A stretch of 63,537 nucleotides of DNA, filler included, from Octopus bimaculoides (taxonomy: Eukaryota): NCBI RefSeq assembly GCF_001194135.2. It is 6 parts of 6 records of this genome, joined end to end, with 100 filler letters (N's around TTAATTAATTAA, not from the genome) between each part and the next. Parts side by side here need not be neighbours in the genome. Positions count along the whole stretch, not along the records: positions 1 to 26,384 come from NC_069006.1; 5 more parts are not named here. One strand, written 5' to 3'. Shown here one piece after another: positions 1-12,537 of this stretch; within the stretch, counting starts at the first letter, position 1, and the number at the start of each line of letters is the position of its first letter. A program made the translations under genes and the position numbers. The notes below the pieces were generated by a model. The model worked only from the letters and a program-made list of their open reading frames with translations, was not told the DNA's origin and did not search any database.

Positions 1-51
1 CATACACTCAATCATGCACACACACACATATGTGTGTATAAATACATACAG

Positions 52-85
<34 letters not shown>

Positions 86-1031
86 GTACATGTATGTATA
101 ATGGGCTTCTTTCAGTTTCTATCTCTCAGATGCACTCAAAAGTTTTGGTTGGCCTAGGGCTATAACATAATGTGTGTGTGAATTGCCATCATCATCATCA
201 TCATCATCATCATCACACACACCACACAACCTTATTCTTTTGATTTCCAACTGCTACAGGAATATCTAAAGCTGTTTCCCCTCCTTGCCAACTTCTTATT
301 TAGCTAATCCTATATTCTAGTGTTTACAAGGGTGGCTTTGATTCAAAACATTCATCTAAAATTGGATTACCTGTCTATTCCTGATTGTTTGTCTACCTGC
401 CTACCCTGCAGACAAACATCTGATTCTGTGTCTCTTTTACAACACCTGCTTACCTGTCATGCCAAGATGTCCACCTGTGTATCTACTCTTATATATAACA
501 CATTGCTAACAGACCATCCTTCTCCTTTTCCTCCTCCTCATCTTCCTCCTGCTTTAGTTGTGTACTTTTTTTGTTTTCCTATTTTAATTGTTTGACTCTT
601 TTTGGTGTTGTTTGTGGGTTTATTGTACTTGTGTTGCATTGTACTCTATTTATCTGTTTATCTTGCTCTATCTCTTTCTCTCTGTCTCCTAAATATATAC
701 ATGTATGTGTGTATGTGTTTCAGTTGAGTTGGTCTCTTGCTGCTCTGAATTTTGCAAGTGACTTGCCCTGAAAATCCTGTGCACTTTCAAGTGTAACTCA
801 GGCTAGCAAGAAACTGACTCGACCCCAAAAATATTATTAATCTCACTATGTTATTGAGTACTCTGTCTTCCAACAGTCAACAATAAACGAATAATATATA
901 TATATATATATATATGTGAAATAATGAGCATGTTGTCTATAGTGTTGAGATTTCATTTTGTCAGTGCTCAGTTTCATGTGATTGGTTTTCTTAACATTTC
1001 ATATATATGTATATGTATGTATGTATGTATG

Positions 1032-1088
<57 letters not shown>

Positions 1089-1749
1089 ATATATATATAT
1101 ATGTGTGTATATATNNNNNNNNNNNNNNNNNNNNNNNNNNNNNNNNNNNNNNNNNNNNNNNNNNNNNNNNNNNNNNNNNNNNNNNNNNNNNNNNNNNNNN
1201 NNNNNNNNNNNNNNNNNNNNNNNNNNNNNNNNNNNNNNNNNNNNNNNNNNNNNNNNNNNNNNNNNNNNNNNNNNNNNNNNNNNNNNNNNNNNNNNNNNNN
1301 NNNNNNNNNNNNNNNNNNNNNNNNNNNNNNNNNNNNNNNNNNNNNNNNNNNNNNNNNNNNNNNNNNNNNNNNNNNNNNNNNNNNNNNNNNNNNNNNNNNN
1401 NNNNNNNNNNNNNNNNNNNNNNNNNNNNNNNNNNNNNNNNNNNNNNNNNNNNNNNNNNNNNNNNNNNNNNNNNNNNNNNNNNNNNNNNNNNNNNNNNNNN
1501 NNNNNNNNNNNNNNNNNNNNNNNNNNNNNNNNNNNNNNNNNNNNNNNNNNNNNNNNNNNNNNNNNNNNNNNNNNNNNNNNNNNNNNNNNNNNNNNNNNNN
1601 NNNNNNNNNNNNNNNACTTCAAATTATGAGATGTAGTGGCTGAGATGCTGCTAAGATAAGTGACATCATACTTCTTCCTTGAATCATCTTCCAAGAGCTT
1701 CATCTTTTGATTTCTTCATAAAATCAATCTTCTACTGGTAACTGTGATT

Positions 1750-2200
1750 AAGGCTGGACTTAGAGAAGCACTTCACACCCCTATGGAGCAGAGGCCATTG
1801 ACAACTTCTCTTCACTGTTTTCATCCGTGGGCTGTCATTTCTGCATCTCTCCTGTCAGATCTCTGCTTCCATATAGGGCATCTTCCTTTCCACCTCCCTT
1901 ATGGGTCCTTGAGGCCCTGAGGGAAGATCCTCCCTCCTCTCCCAGGTTTTGTTAGGTTTGCATTGTTATTGAAGCTTCTGTTTTGTTTTGTTTTTTTTTA
2001 CCTCTAAGAAGAAATGGTCCATATTCATCTGGTCTCTATCCTTTGACCTGTCCAGCATGGGAGCCCCTGCCAGGACCTTGTGGTCTGCTAGCATAACTGC
2101 CAGGGTCATTGAGGTACACAATCCTCCATGCCTCAACAAGAGCTGGACCTTGTGGTGCAAGGTTGGACTTAGGGAAACATAAAAACTTCCTTTCTACTTC
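1750..2200 (-). mobile_element. Degraded RTE-type LINE 3' end
   Basis: - strand resembles the W.P.G.R.RGRP…ALCSIG C-terminus of RTE LINEs; heavily decayed. Confidence 0.35.
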
Positions 2201-2803
2201 ACGATGTTGTTTACATGCTTATCTTTGCAGTTCTACTTCAACTTTGCAAGTATTCTTAAATGTATCTCAGAGTGGAACCAACCATTCCTAAAAGTGGTGC
2301 CATCAAAACACACCATTTTACTGAGTTCTCTGGGATTAATCGATGTTTATAGAATATTTTCTTCTTGAATAGAAATACAGATATTTTGAAATATTTAAAA
2401 ATGGTGTCATAGCTGGACTATTATAATTAATGTTGCCTTAGATATTGTGTGTATACTCATAGTTCAGTGTGTATACATATACATGCATACGCAAGTTTAA
2501 AATTATGTATGTATATATGTGTTACAACTTGTATTTAGACACATGTGCAACACATAACAATCTCACACAGTATGTACATACTCATCCACACTGTATATAC
2601 ACACATGCGCAATTATACTCACCCATATACACTCGCACAGCCCATACATACATACATACACACACACATGCAGTACTAATGTGGCACAGATTTCTGAAAA
2701 GATAAAACCTTCAATTAACATGTTTTTAACAGATATTTTATTTAATATATTTTGCTCTATTCTTAATTTGATTTTTTTTTTTTCTCTCATTTTCGTTCCA
2801 CAG

Positions 2804-2961
2804 AAGAATCTGTAAATGATGATGACGATTTAAATAATGGAGTGACCAGCACTGGTCAGCAGATTCAGCCAGTGCCAGGACAACGGAGAGCTGCAACTAT
2901 TGACCGAAACAAGAAACTAAAGAAGCCAACTAGTAAAAATGGAACGTGCAGACAACAATAG
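2804..2961 (+). CDS. Terminal coding exon of an upstream gene, ending in polybasic + CaaX (…RNKKLKKPTSKNGTCRQQ*); LKB1/STK11-like ending, identity uncertain
   Basis: Polypyrimidine tract + CAG acceptor (tttcgttccacag, NAGNAG); open frame EESVNDDDDLNNGVTSTGQQIQPVPGQRRAATIDRNKKLKKPTSKNGTCRQQ to TAG 2959-2961. C-[K/R]-Q-Q endings are known from LKB1 and NAP1L proteins. Confidence 0.65.
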
Positions 2962-3136
2962 CCCCTGATCCCCCCCCCTCCGTCCCTTGTTTTATGTATT
3001 ATGTAGACAGTATGAGTTCTTGTCCATTATTTTCTCTGTATCCTATTGACAACAGCAGTCCCTGTCTCACTGGTCTTCTGTGGTCTCTACAATGCTTTCT
3101 CCAAGTGAACATGGTTTAATTTCACTTCAACACAAT

Positions 3137-3460
3137 AACATGCCAACACCATTTGTGCAGCAGTGTGCACCAGAGCAACAGCTAACATCACCGATGCTGC
3201 ATTTGCAGTCAGCTTGCTTCTGTGGCATAATTAAATGCATCACAGAAACTATAATAATAATAATAATACTTACCAGTTAACTGTACAACATTTACTCTGT
3301 CTACAATACAATGAACATGCCAACACTTGTATATGAAGCGATGTCATTCTGAGCAACTACTGACATCACTGATGCTACATTTGCAGGCAACATGCTTTTC
3401 GTTACATAACTATAGGCATCACAGGCCCTATAATAATGTCTACCAGTTAACCATGCAGCA
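3137..3460 (+). repeat. Diverged ~175-bp tandem duplication in the presumed 3' UTR
   Basis: aacatgccaacac…gagcaac…acatcac.gatgct.catttgcag…taccagttaac occurs at 3137-3290 and 3314-3460. Confidence 0.8.
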
Positions 3461-3945
3461 TCACGCTTTCTACAGAGAGCTAGGTGACTATCACAGACCC
3501 TTCTGTAAACCCATTTACTAAATGAGGCTGTTGGCGCACACATTAGTATCTCCTAGATTTTTCTACCAATCACTGTATTCGAGAGCCACTTTCACAAACC
3601 TTTGTATTTACCAACTAGATTAGTGAGGGAAGACCTTTCTGTTTGCCGATTCCACGAGGGACCACTGTTACAGATCTTATTTTGTATCAGTTCAGCAAGG
3701 AACCATTCTGTCTTCTAATTTAATGAAGAGCTATTATTACAGAAATTTTGTATCTCCCAGTTTAGAATTAAGCTAAAACAGCCCCTATTTTTCAATGTGC
3801 ACTGTAACATCTGACTTGTGAGTCATCCATGTGGCTCAAACATTAAATATGGCAAGATTTTAGTTTTGATAAAAACTTATTTATACTTTGTGAACCAAAA
3901 TCTTCTTTACACCTGAGGCTATATATATGTGTGTGTGTGTGTATG

Positions 3946-3978
<33 letters not shown>

Positions 3979-4549
3979 NNNNNNNNNNNNNNNNNNNNNN
4001 NNNNNNNNNNNNNNNNNNNNNNNNNNNNNNNNNNNNNNNNNNNNNNNNNNNNNNNNNNNNNNNNNNNNNNNNNNNNNNNNNNNNNNNNNNNNNNNNNNNN
4101 NNNNNNNNNNNNNNNNNNNNNNNNNNNNNNNNNNNNNNNNNNNNNNNNNNNNNNNNNNNNNNNNNNNNNNNNNNNNNNNNNNNNNNNNNNNNNNNNNNNN
4201 NNNNNNNNNNNNNNNNNNNNNNNNNNNNNNNNNNNNNNNNNNNNNNNNNNNNNNNNNNNNNNNNNNNNNNNNNNNNNNNNNNNNNNNNNNNNNNNNNNNN
4301 NNNNNNNNNNNNNNNNNNNNNNNNNNNNNNNNNNNNNNNNNNNNNNNNNNNNNNNNNNNNNNNNNNNNNNNNNNNNNNNNNNNNNNNNNNNNNNNNNNNN
4401 NNNNNNNNNNNNNNNNNNNNNNNNNNNNNNNNNNNNNNNNNNNNNNNNNNNNNNNNNNNNNNNNNNNNNNNNNNNNNNNNNNNNNNNNNNNNNNNNNNNN
4501 NNNNNNNNNNNNNNNNNNNNNNNNNNNNNNNNNNNNNNNNNNNNNNNNN

Positions 4550-4591
<42 letters not shown>

Positions 4592-5180
4592 CATTTCAAT
4601 TTAACTTAAGATTTATTCTCCTCTCTCATCAACAGAAATCTTGTATCTAACTCCCCTCCTGTGTCCCCCCACCCAGGCCTGGTGATCACAAATTCTCTCT
4701 ATTTTACTTATTCTGGTTATATTGTGTAATGACATCAATACCATCTCCCACCTTCCATCTGACTCTCGTCGGCTTCTCTGTGATAAGAACATTAGCCTTA
4801 CAACAATTGCACTTTCGATATATTAATGAACCACTGTGCTTTATTTTCCTTGTGAAAGACTCCAACTCACCTCTGACCTTGCTCCACTCCACTCTTATAC
4901 GCAGTTGCAACATGTTGCATTCACCAGTAAACGATACTGGATTTCAAAGACATTGACACTTGTTAAAAAAAATATTCTGCAACACGATTCCTATTTCAAA
5001 CCTTCGCTTGTTCAATTAATGAGCAGACTACTCTTGTTAATTATTTTGTTGTTTTTTCTTTCCTTTTTGTGTATATTTATATAAAAAAGAAATGCATATA
5101 CTTTTTGACGCATATATACACATAATTACACATGCTCTTTATGTGTGTATGTATATATATATAAATAAGAATTTACACTG

Positions 5181-5215
<35 letters not shown>

Positions 5216-6755
5216 TTCTCTCATTCTCCTCATCTCTCTTTCTCTCACACTGTCTATTTGTATGGATGTGTAAACAGCCACCAGTATTTCATCTCGCACC
5301 TTAGCAGTTATCATGACTGGAAACCAAACCTAATATTTCATTTTTACCATGAAATTTACGAATTTTATTACTTGCGTGGTAAAAACAAAGCTTTTAATGT
5401 GGATGGAGAAGTTCAAACTGGTCACTTTGGAACATTGGACAACCTTCAACTTTTTCCATCCAAGGAGGTTTTTAGCCAAATATTCTTCACACTATTATTT
5501 ATAGAAGTGAGGGTGCATGGCCCAGTTGTTAGAGTATCGCACTCATAATAACAAGATTATGGTTTTGATTCCCGGACTGAGCAATGCACTGTGTTCTTGA
5601 GCAAAATAGTCCATTTTGCGTTGTTGTGCAATCACGTTCACATCTGACACACCGTTCAGGCAATGTCGGTTGGATGGGGTGAGGGAACTCGTGTACAACA
5701 CAAACATTTGATCACTATAAACAAACCATCTGCACAAGTTAGATTGTTCAGCAAAAGATCGTAAGACCCTCGTCTGTTGTCTACAAACAAAAGAGTCTGC
5801 AATTTTTTATAGCTTTATCTACTTCAAGTTCCATCTATTTGTCTTAAAACAATATTTCTATATTTTTGTCTAGAAACCCAAATCCCAGAACATAGGAAAA
5901 AATAGCATTAGCATAATTTATGCCAGCTATTAAATGTAATTTATATTAAGTAAACCCCACAAACGTTTATAATTGAGTAAGTCTATCACTGAATGACAGC
6001 CAGAGGCAGGTTTTATATTAGGATGTCTTTCTGATATTTTATTATAGAGTAATTGTGATAGAGGTGTGTTTATTGTTTATAGTTTCAGCTCAGAGCTGCG
6101 GCCATGCTGATGCACCGCCGTGTGTGTGTATGATCTACACTGAAAGAAAAAAAAAAACCATGTGCTGGTTGTTGTGCAATGACTATATTTCCTTCCTTAG
6201 TTTTTGAATAGATGATTCTGCTTCATTTTACAGAAATTAAATTTTTTTTATTTATAAATAATTAAGCTACATGTAATTCTAAAGATTATAGTTAGTCTAA
6301 TAGTTAATGTGGTTGCTCAGTCAAAATTGACTTGGTATATATTTAAGAATCTTCCAGTCTTCTCTGGGTGAGGTTATGTGTCAAGCTGGTTGCATGTCTG
6401 TACATACATACATACATACATACATANNNNNNNNNNNNNNNNNNNNNNNNNNNNNNNNNNNNNNNNNNNNNNNNNNNNNNNNNNNNNNNNNNNNNNNNNN
6501 NNNNNNNNNNNNNNNNNNNNNNNNNNNNNNNNNNNNNNNNNNNNNNNNNNNNNNNNNNNNNNNNNNNNNNNNNNNNNNNNNNNNNNNNNNNNNNNNNNNN
6601 NNNNNNNNNNNNNNNNNNNNNNNNNNNNNNNNNNNNNNNNNNNNNNNNNNNNNNNNNNNNNNNNNNNNNNNNNNNNNNNNNNNNNNNNNNNNNNNNNNNN
6701 NNNNNNNNNNNNNNNNNNNNNNNNNNNNNNNNNNNNNNNNNNNNNNNNNNNNNNN

Positions 6756-6791
<36 letters not shown>

Positions 6792-8717
6792 CACATCCAG
6801 AAGTCCATTATTTAGTTATCTTAGATTGCCTTATTTATATCAATTGTTAATATGATTTCTATATCTTGTTTGAATATTTAAAGCAATTATAGACCTGTTA
6901 GAAGTCCTTGAGTCTAAATATTGTTTGTCAGTCATCTTTTGAGAGAATTCGCTCTCTCTCCCACACACACACACACACACACACATACTGTCCTTTATCT
7001 CACCTCTCTAATATCATATTCTATGCAAACTGTTGGAAACCTATTTTTTACAGTAAAATAAATTTTCTCATGAAAGGGGCCTTATATGAGTGGAGTTCAA
7101 CTACTATAATCCAAAGATATAATACGACAATTTAAACCATAATTTTTATCTTGCAGCTGTCTTAAACTTCCTTATGTATTTTTAAGGTACAGCAAAGTAG
7201 AGATGGTGGTGGTGGTGGTGTAAAAAGTCTTACACCAAATGTATTGTGGTTATTGATTCATGTTACCTGTGATTACAGGTGGTAACTACTTAAAGGTGTG
7301 TGTATGTATGTCATCTACGACATGTCTGCAGACAAAACTTTCAGGTTTCTTTCTGTTTACCATTGAGAACAACATATAGAAATGTGTCTAACGAGGCCCA
7401 AGTTTCACCAGTTCTGTGTTGTAAAGCATCCAAACTACACACTGTCTCAATATTAGTTCTTTTTCTCTTTTTTCTCCCTCTATGTATATATTTATCTGTT
7501 TCTCTCTCTCTGCTATCTTTTCAATCACTGTACCTTGTTAATTCTCCAGTTAATGAGACAAATAGTTAATACCTATTAACTGATATTTATGTTAATTATT
7601 TCCTTATCAGGAATTTTAACACTGCCACAAATGTGGTAGTTTCTTCGGAGAATCTATTGTCATGAAGAAGAAACCTGAAAAATATCCTTAAGTGATTTCT
7701 TCTGATTTTGTTTTCCACACCTGCACCATTGTATCAGAAAACCACTGTCTCCACCATTGGGCCAAAAACCCCACCTCTACTGGACCACAAAACTATTACT
7801 ATCAACATCATCACTGAACTAAAGAGGGAATCTCTTCAAGATCACTTGACCAGCCTGAAATAGCAGCCAATTGTCCCTCAAATCACACCTTTACAAGCTT
7901 AAATTAAAAAAAGAAAATGACATATTGGAAAATGTAGTTCTAGGTATACAGGGGGAAAGAAAATGGTCGTGACTAGAACACATTTGACCATAAGTCTGCT
8001 CAGTCAGAACTGACCTTGGACCAAACAACTGTAACACTGCGTCCACTTAGCATCTCCTGCAAATGTTGTTTTGTTTTTTCTTTGGGGGAGGGTACATTGA
8101 AATCTTGGAAACTGTTCAATTATTAATGTAATATTGATTCTTGTGAAGAGAATTTTCTCATATTTCTTCCAACTGAAAATAAAAACCAAATAGTTTTGCC
8201 TTAAATCAATTTCCAACTTGAAGATAAATTAATTATATGCCTGCTGTTTATCTGTCAAATGTGTTTTTATATTCGTATTGCAATGTGCTCGACTGTCTGT
8301 GTATCTGTTTGTCTATGAATTTATTTTAATTGGGGGCAAAGAACTAACCTTTTTTAGTCAAGCAAATCAACCCCGGGACTTACTCTTTGTAAGCCTAGTA
8401 CTTATTCTATCAGTCTCCTTTGCCAAACCACTATGTTATGGAGACATAAACGCATTAGCATCTGTTGTCAAGCGATGGTGGGGGGACAAACACAGACACA
8501 TAAACACACACATACGATGGGCTTCTTTCAGTTTCCATCTACCAAATCCACTCACAAGGCTTTGGTTGGCCCGAGGCTATAGTAGAAGACACTTGCCTGA
8601 GGTATCATGTAGTGGGACTGAACCCAGAACCATGTGGTTGGTAAAGACTAATAACCTGGTGTAGAACTCCCTATACATATGCTTCAGAATAAAGCATTAG
8701 TAGGATACAGGGTAGTA

Positions 8718-8903
8718 ATAAGAAAATGAAATGACAAACGAATAAATGATTATCTTATGAACTTCATATACAAGGGTCTGATGAAGCTATAAGGTGTTAC
8801 TCAGGGACTCAACTATGAGTCCACTGCATCTTATTAGCAGAAACAGCTGTAACCTGATGACATTCATAAGATGCTCGTTTATTCCTTTATTTCATTTTCT
8901 TAT
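8718..8903 (+). ncRNA. Foldback repeat containing a type-I hammerhead-ribozyme-like core
   Basis: CTGATGA 8778-8784, long stem II, GAAA 8840-8843, palindromic stem III ACAGCTGT, GUA site 8849-8851, stem I extended by terminal inverted repeats; A·A mismatch at the base of stem II. Confidence 0.6.
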
Positions 8904-9277
8904 AGGTGCTGAAACGGCTGTGTGGTAAGAAGCTTGCTTCCCGACCACATGGTTCCAGGTTCAGTCCCACTGCATGGTATCTTGGGCAAGTGTCTTCTAC
9001 TATAGCCTCGGAACAATCAAAGCCTTGTGACTAGGTTTGGTAGATGGAAACTGAAAGAAGCCCGTTGTATATATACATATATATGTGTGTGTGTCTGTTT
9101 TTCTCCTCTTCACCACTTGACAACTGGTGTTGGTGTGTTTATGTCCGTGTAACCTAGTGGTTAGGCAAACGAGACCAATAGAATAAGTACCAGGCTTATT
9201 CATTCGACTAAAAATTTCAAGGTGATGCTCCCAGCATGGCCGCAGTCTAATGATTGAAACAGGTAAAAAGTATATAT

Positions 9278-9314
<37 letters not shown>

Positions 9315-11577
9315 GCACACTATGCAAATGAGTGATGTGTGCACGTTTATATGTTCACAAATATATATGCTGTAAGATATATGTACGTATGCAACATCGT
9401 CAGTGTTGTATTGTAGTCGCTGGTGTTCTGGGTCTTACAACATGCACCTTCTTTCAGGTGATGTAACCTATCAAGTCTAGGCCTCTGTCCAAGCAAGTCT
9501 ACTAACCACATATGCATGCATACTTAGATATAATGGACTGGTCGCTGTTTACTTACATATTTATGAGTTGGTTGTAATTTACTTATTGAATTAATTTACC
9601 AATACGGTTGTACATGGGTTAAATGTGTTTGAAAGTTGTGGTTTCTTTGGTATGTTTGTTCCCAAACAACACTTATTTTAGTGCTGTTGACACCACTGGA
9701 TTGAATGAGCCTTCCCAGGTGTTGAAATGATAATGATATCCATGGGGCACCTGATGATGGAGGTATGCAGGATTGTAGGTATGGCTGTTTTTGTGTAGGT
9801 GGAATAGTATTATAACACATCATTTTGATATATATGTTTGTTCGATTTTTTTTGATTTTTTTTTTGTGATAATGAAAGCAATTTAGCATTAAACTAAAGG
9901 ATTACTCAATACTTTTGGTTTAATACAAATTTCTTATTCTCTAACAAGACTAGTATGGACTGACTATGAAGTTTCAACCAGCTAAACCATCAAACACACA
10001 CCTTTTATTTCCCCTCAACCAATAATCTAACGATCCAACAAGCACCATTTATAGCTCCTACCCCCTCCTATTCTTGAGTCTGGTCTTGTCTTTTCTTTGA
10101 GAATGTTTCTTTCTCTTAAGCAGTTCTCTCCCTTATGTGTCTTACTATATATCATCCTCTGACAAAGCAAACGGAAAAAAGTTTTGCATAATTTTTATGA
10201 ATATTTACACATTTAGATATCTCCGCATCTCTTTTATATAATAAACGATCAGGTTGAATGTGAGACCACTGTCATCTGAAAAGATGAAGCAATACATCAT
10301 CACAAATATTTATAAATTTTAGTCAACTGATGTTTTGTCTTCATCCAGTTTTGAAGAATCTTCTTAAATGTTTCAAGCATTCAATATCCTTGCTACAGCC
10401 TTCTTAATTACCAAGTTCTCAAAAACAAAATCCCAAACAGAAACCAATATTATTATTGCTATAACCTCAAAATATTTAAGTCAAATTTGAATTTTTCAGT
10501 CTGATTTCCTTATATTATTTTTCTTATTAGGAGCAGTCCATTGAGAATTGGTAGGAAGTTGTTTAAATTATTTGTTCTTCACTTTGACTCTCTGAGTCCA
10601 AAATTATTACATAGAAAAGGAATTAATAAAATATGTTCCAATTATAATTATTTCTAGTTATTAATAGTAGATATTTCTAAGGTGCCAAGCTGGTGCATCA
10701 GACAAAATGCTTAATTTCTTTCAGTACTCTACATTCTGACCTCAAATCTTGTCAAGACCAACTTTGCTTTGTCTTTTTGGAGGTCAATAAACTAAAGTAC
10801 TAGTCAAGTATGGCGTGGGGGATTTTCAACTTGCTTCCTCTCACTAAAATTGTTTCCTTTGTGTTTAAATTTGAAACCATTCTTTTATCTCTTGTTTCAC
10901 TGGACTACAGCTATGCTGGGACACCATTTTGAAGGGTTTTAGGTGAACGAATCACCCCTGGTACCTATTTTTTAAAAATAATTTTTGCTAGAACTGCAAA
11001 CAAACCAACACCGGTTATCGAGTGGTGGTGTGGTGACAAAGTCAAACACACATGACGGGCTTCCACACAGTTTCCATCTTACCAAATTCATTTGCAAGGT
11101 ATTAGCCTGGAGCTGCATTAGAAGACAGTTGCACAAGATGTCATGCATTGGGACTGAAATAACGTAGTTGCAAATGCAACCTTAGACGGGCGATTGACTT
11201 CTATTATATTTTTATTAATCACGAAAAGAGGAAATGCTAAGCTGAACTCAGAATGCGTAAAGAGATGGGAAACATTTTTTCCCCGACTCTCTTATGTTTC
11301 TGCTCAACCGGAAATCTCTTGTAAATATTGAACTCACTGCTTTGTCCAAAGATTGTTGTTGCTGCAGTAATATCTGCAATATTGCTATTCTCACATACTT
11401 CAAAATAAAAAAAAAAGACTTAAGTTTAATACAACTCCTGCTCAAGAACTTTTATAAATAGTAAGGAGGAATTTCAACCATGTTTCGTGGTCTGCTATCA
11501 CAACAGCTCCTTTATAGGATCCAGTTAGCTCAAGACATCATCAGGAGGAACCACGTCCGGTTTCGGCCCCTACTCCT

Positions 11578-11951
11578 CTACCGTTTTGACGTGGCGAGGT
11601 CACCCCCTTTCGGAGGTGTCTTCAGCTCTGGTGTTGGGTGCATGTCTTCTTTCACTGTTTGTGACTGTTCTAATTCAACTGTGGAATGTCCCTCGCTATG
11701 GTTATTTTCCAGGAGGTTCTGGCCACACGTCTTACAGTTCATCAACCCGCGTTGTAATGTAATGCCAGTTATCTCCCTTGTCATACTAGTTATGTCCCTT
11801 GTTCTCACTCCCGATCCCGACATTTGACAGCACTTTCCGTGTTCCTTTATGATCTTTTTCACTATAAATCGCTGCAAATGCAACTGATTAAGCTTTAAGA
11901 CTTTCATAGTACCTTCTACAAGATAGCTGGGATATTTATGTGCTTGGACAC
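11578..11951 (-). CDS. Candidate terminal exon of an unidentified ORF (VQAHKYPSYLVEGTMKVLKLNQ…NCKTCGQN…ATSKR*)
   Basis: About 124 open codons, GC-richer than flanks, AG at 11952-11953 but weak pyrimidine tract; phase matches the exon candidate at 12344-12537; no recognised family. Confidence 0.35.
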
Positions 11952-12181
11952 CTGTCTACTTGATAGTAATGCCATTTTATGCCCTCATACATCACTCGGG
12001 ACATAGAAATACATGCATGTATGTAGATAAATATATAGGAGAGTATTGTAGTTCGCTTGAAGCATTGTGTATTGTTTGTAAAGAATAAAAAGTTTAGAAT
12101 AGTACAACAATGCACTATAAAACAAAAAATGGACTATATACCTGTTGTAATTTGGTTATCTATAGTCCAAGGATATTTCGA

Positions 12182-12280
12182 AATTACAATTCCTTGTTCA
12201 GATTTTCTTAGCTGGAGTCTCTGCTATAAACTTTATAGCAGAGACTCCAGCTAAGAAGATCTGAAGAAGGAATTGTAATT
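12182..12280. repeat. Near-perfect 99-bp palindrome (49-bp arms, 1-nt centre)
   Basis: Symmetric about C12231; two non-matching pairs. Confidence 0.92.
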
Positions 12281-12343
12281 CATAAATATATAGTTTTTCT
12301 CTTCCATTATACATAATCCACATTTTTACTTCTATTTTCTCAC

Positions 12344-12537
12344 GCTCGCATAAGTTTGGGGAGTCTTGCTTCTGTTGTATTCCATTCTCATCTCCTGTGA
12401 GGACCAGGTTCCTGAGATTAGTCTTCACCACTTCTTTACTATTCCTCTTCAATTGGATTCTTCCATATGAATCTCCTGGTGCTGCTCTTCCACAATACAT
12501 TTGATCCCTCTGATAACCCGTTTTTCTCTCAGCATTC
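12344..12537 (-). CDS. Candidate internal exon of the same unidentified ORF (NAERKTGYQRDQMYCGRAAPGDSYGRIQLKR…SPNLCE)
   Basis: tacag acceptor and C|gtgaga donor on the - strand; 64 open codons; the other two frames contain stops. Confidence 0.35.

Noticed and set aside
5277-5500. Possible transposase remnant (96-aa ORF 5258-5548)
   Set aside because: No recognisable DDE or other motif in any frame
10050-11400. Additional minus-strand splice-like segments (e.g. CENSNIADITAATTIFGQS)
   Set aside because: Could not be joined in phase to the 11578-12537 ORF; short frames with stops
11590-11632. Minus-strand CTGAAGA…GAAA as a hammerhead
   Set aside because: No pairable stem II between the boxes and no stem I; GAAA is the loop of a simple hairpin
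11480-11827. Plus-strand 115-aa ORF
   Set aside because: No homology or splice context; overlaps the better-supported minus-strand candidate
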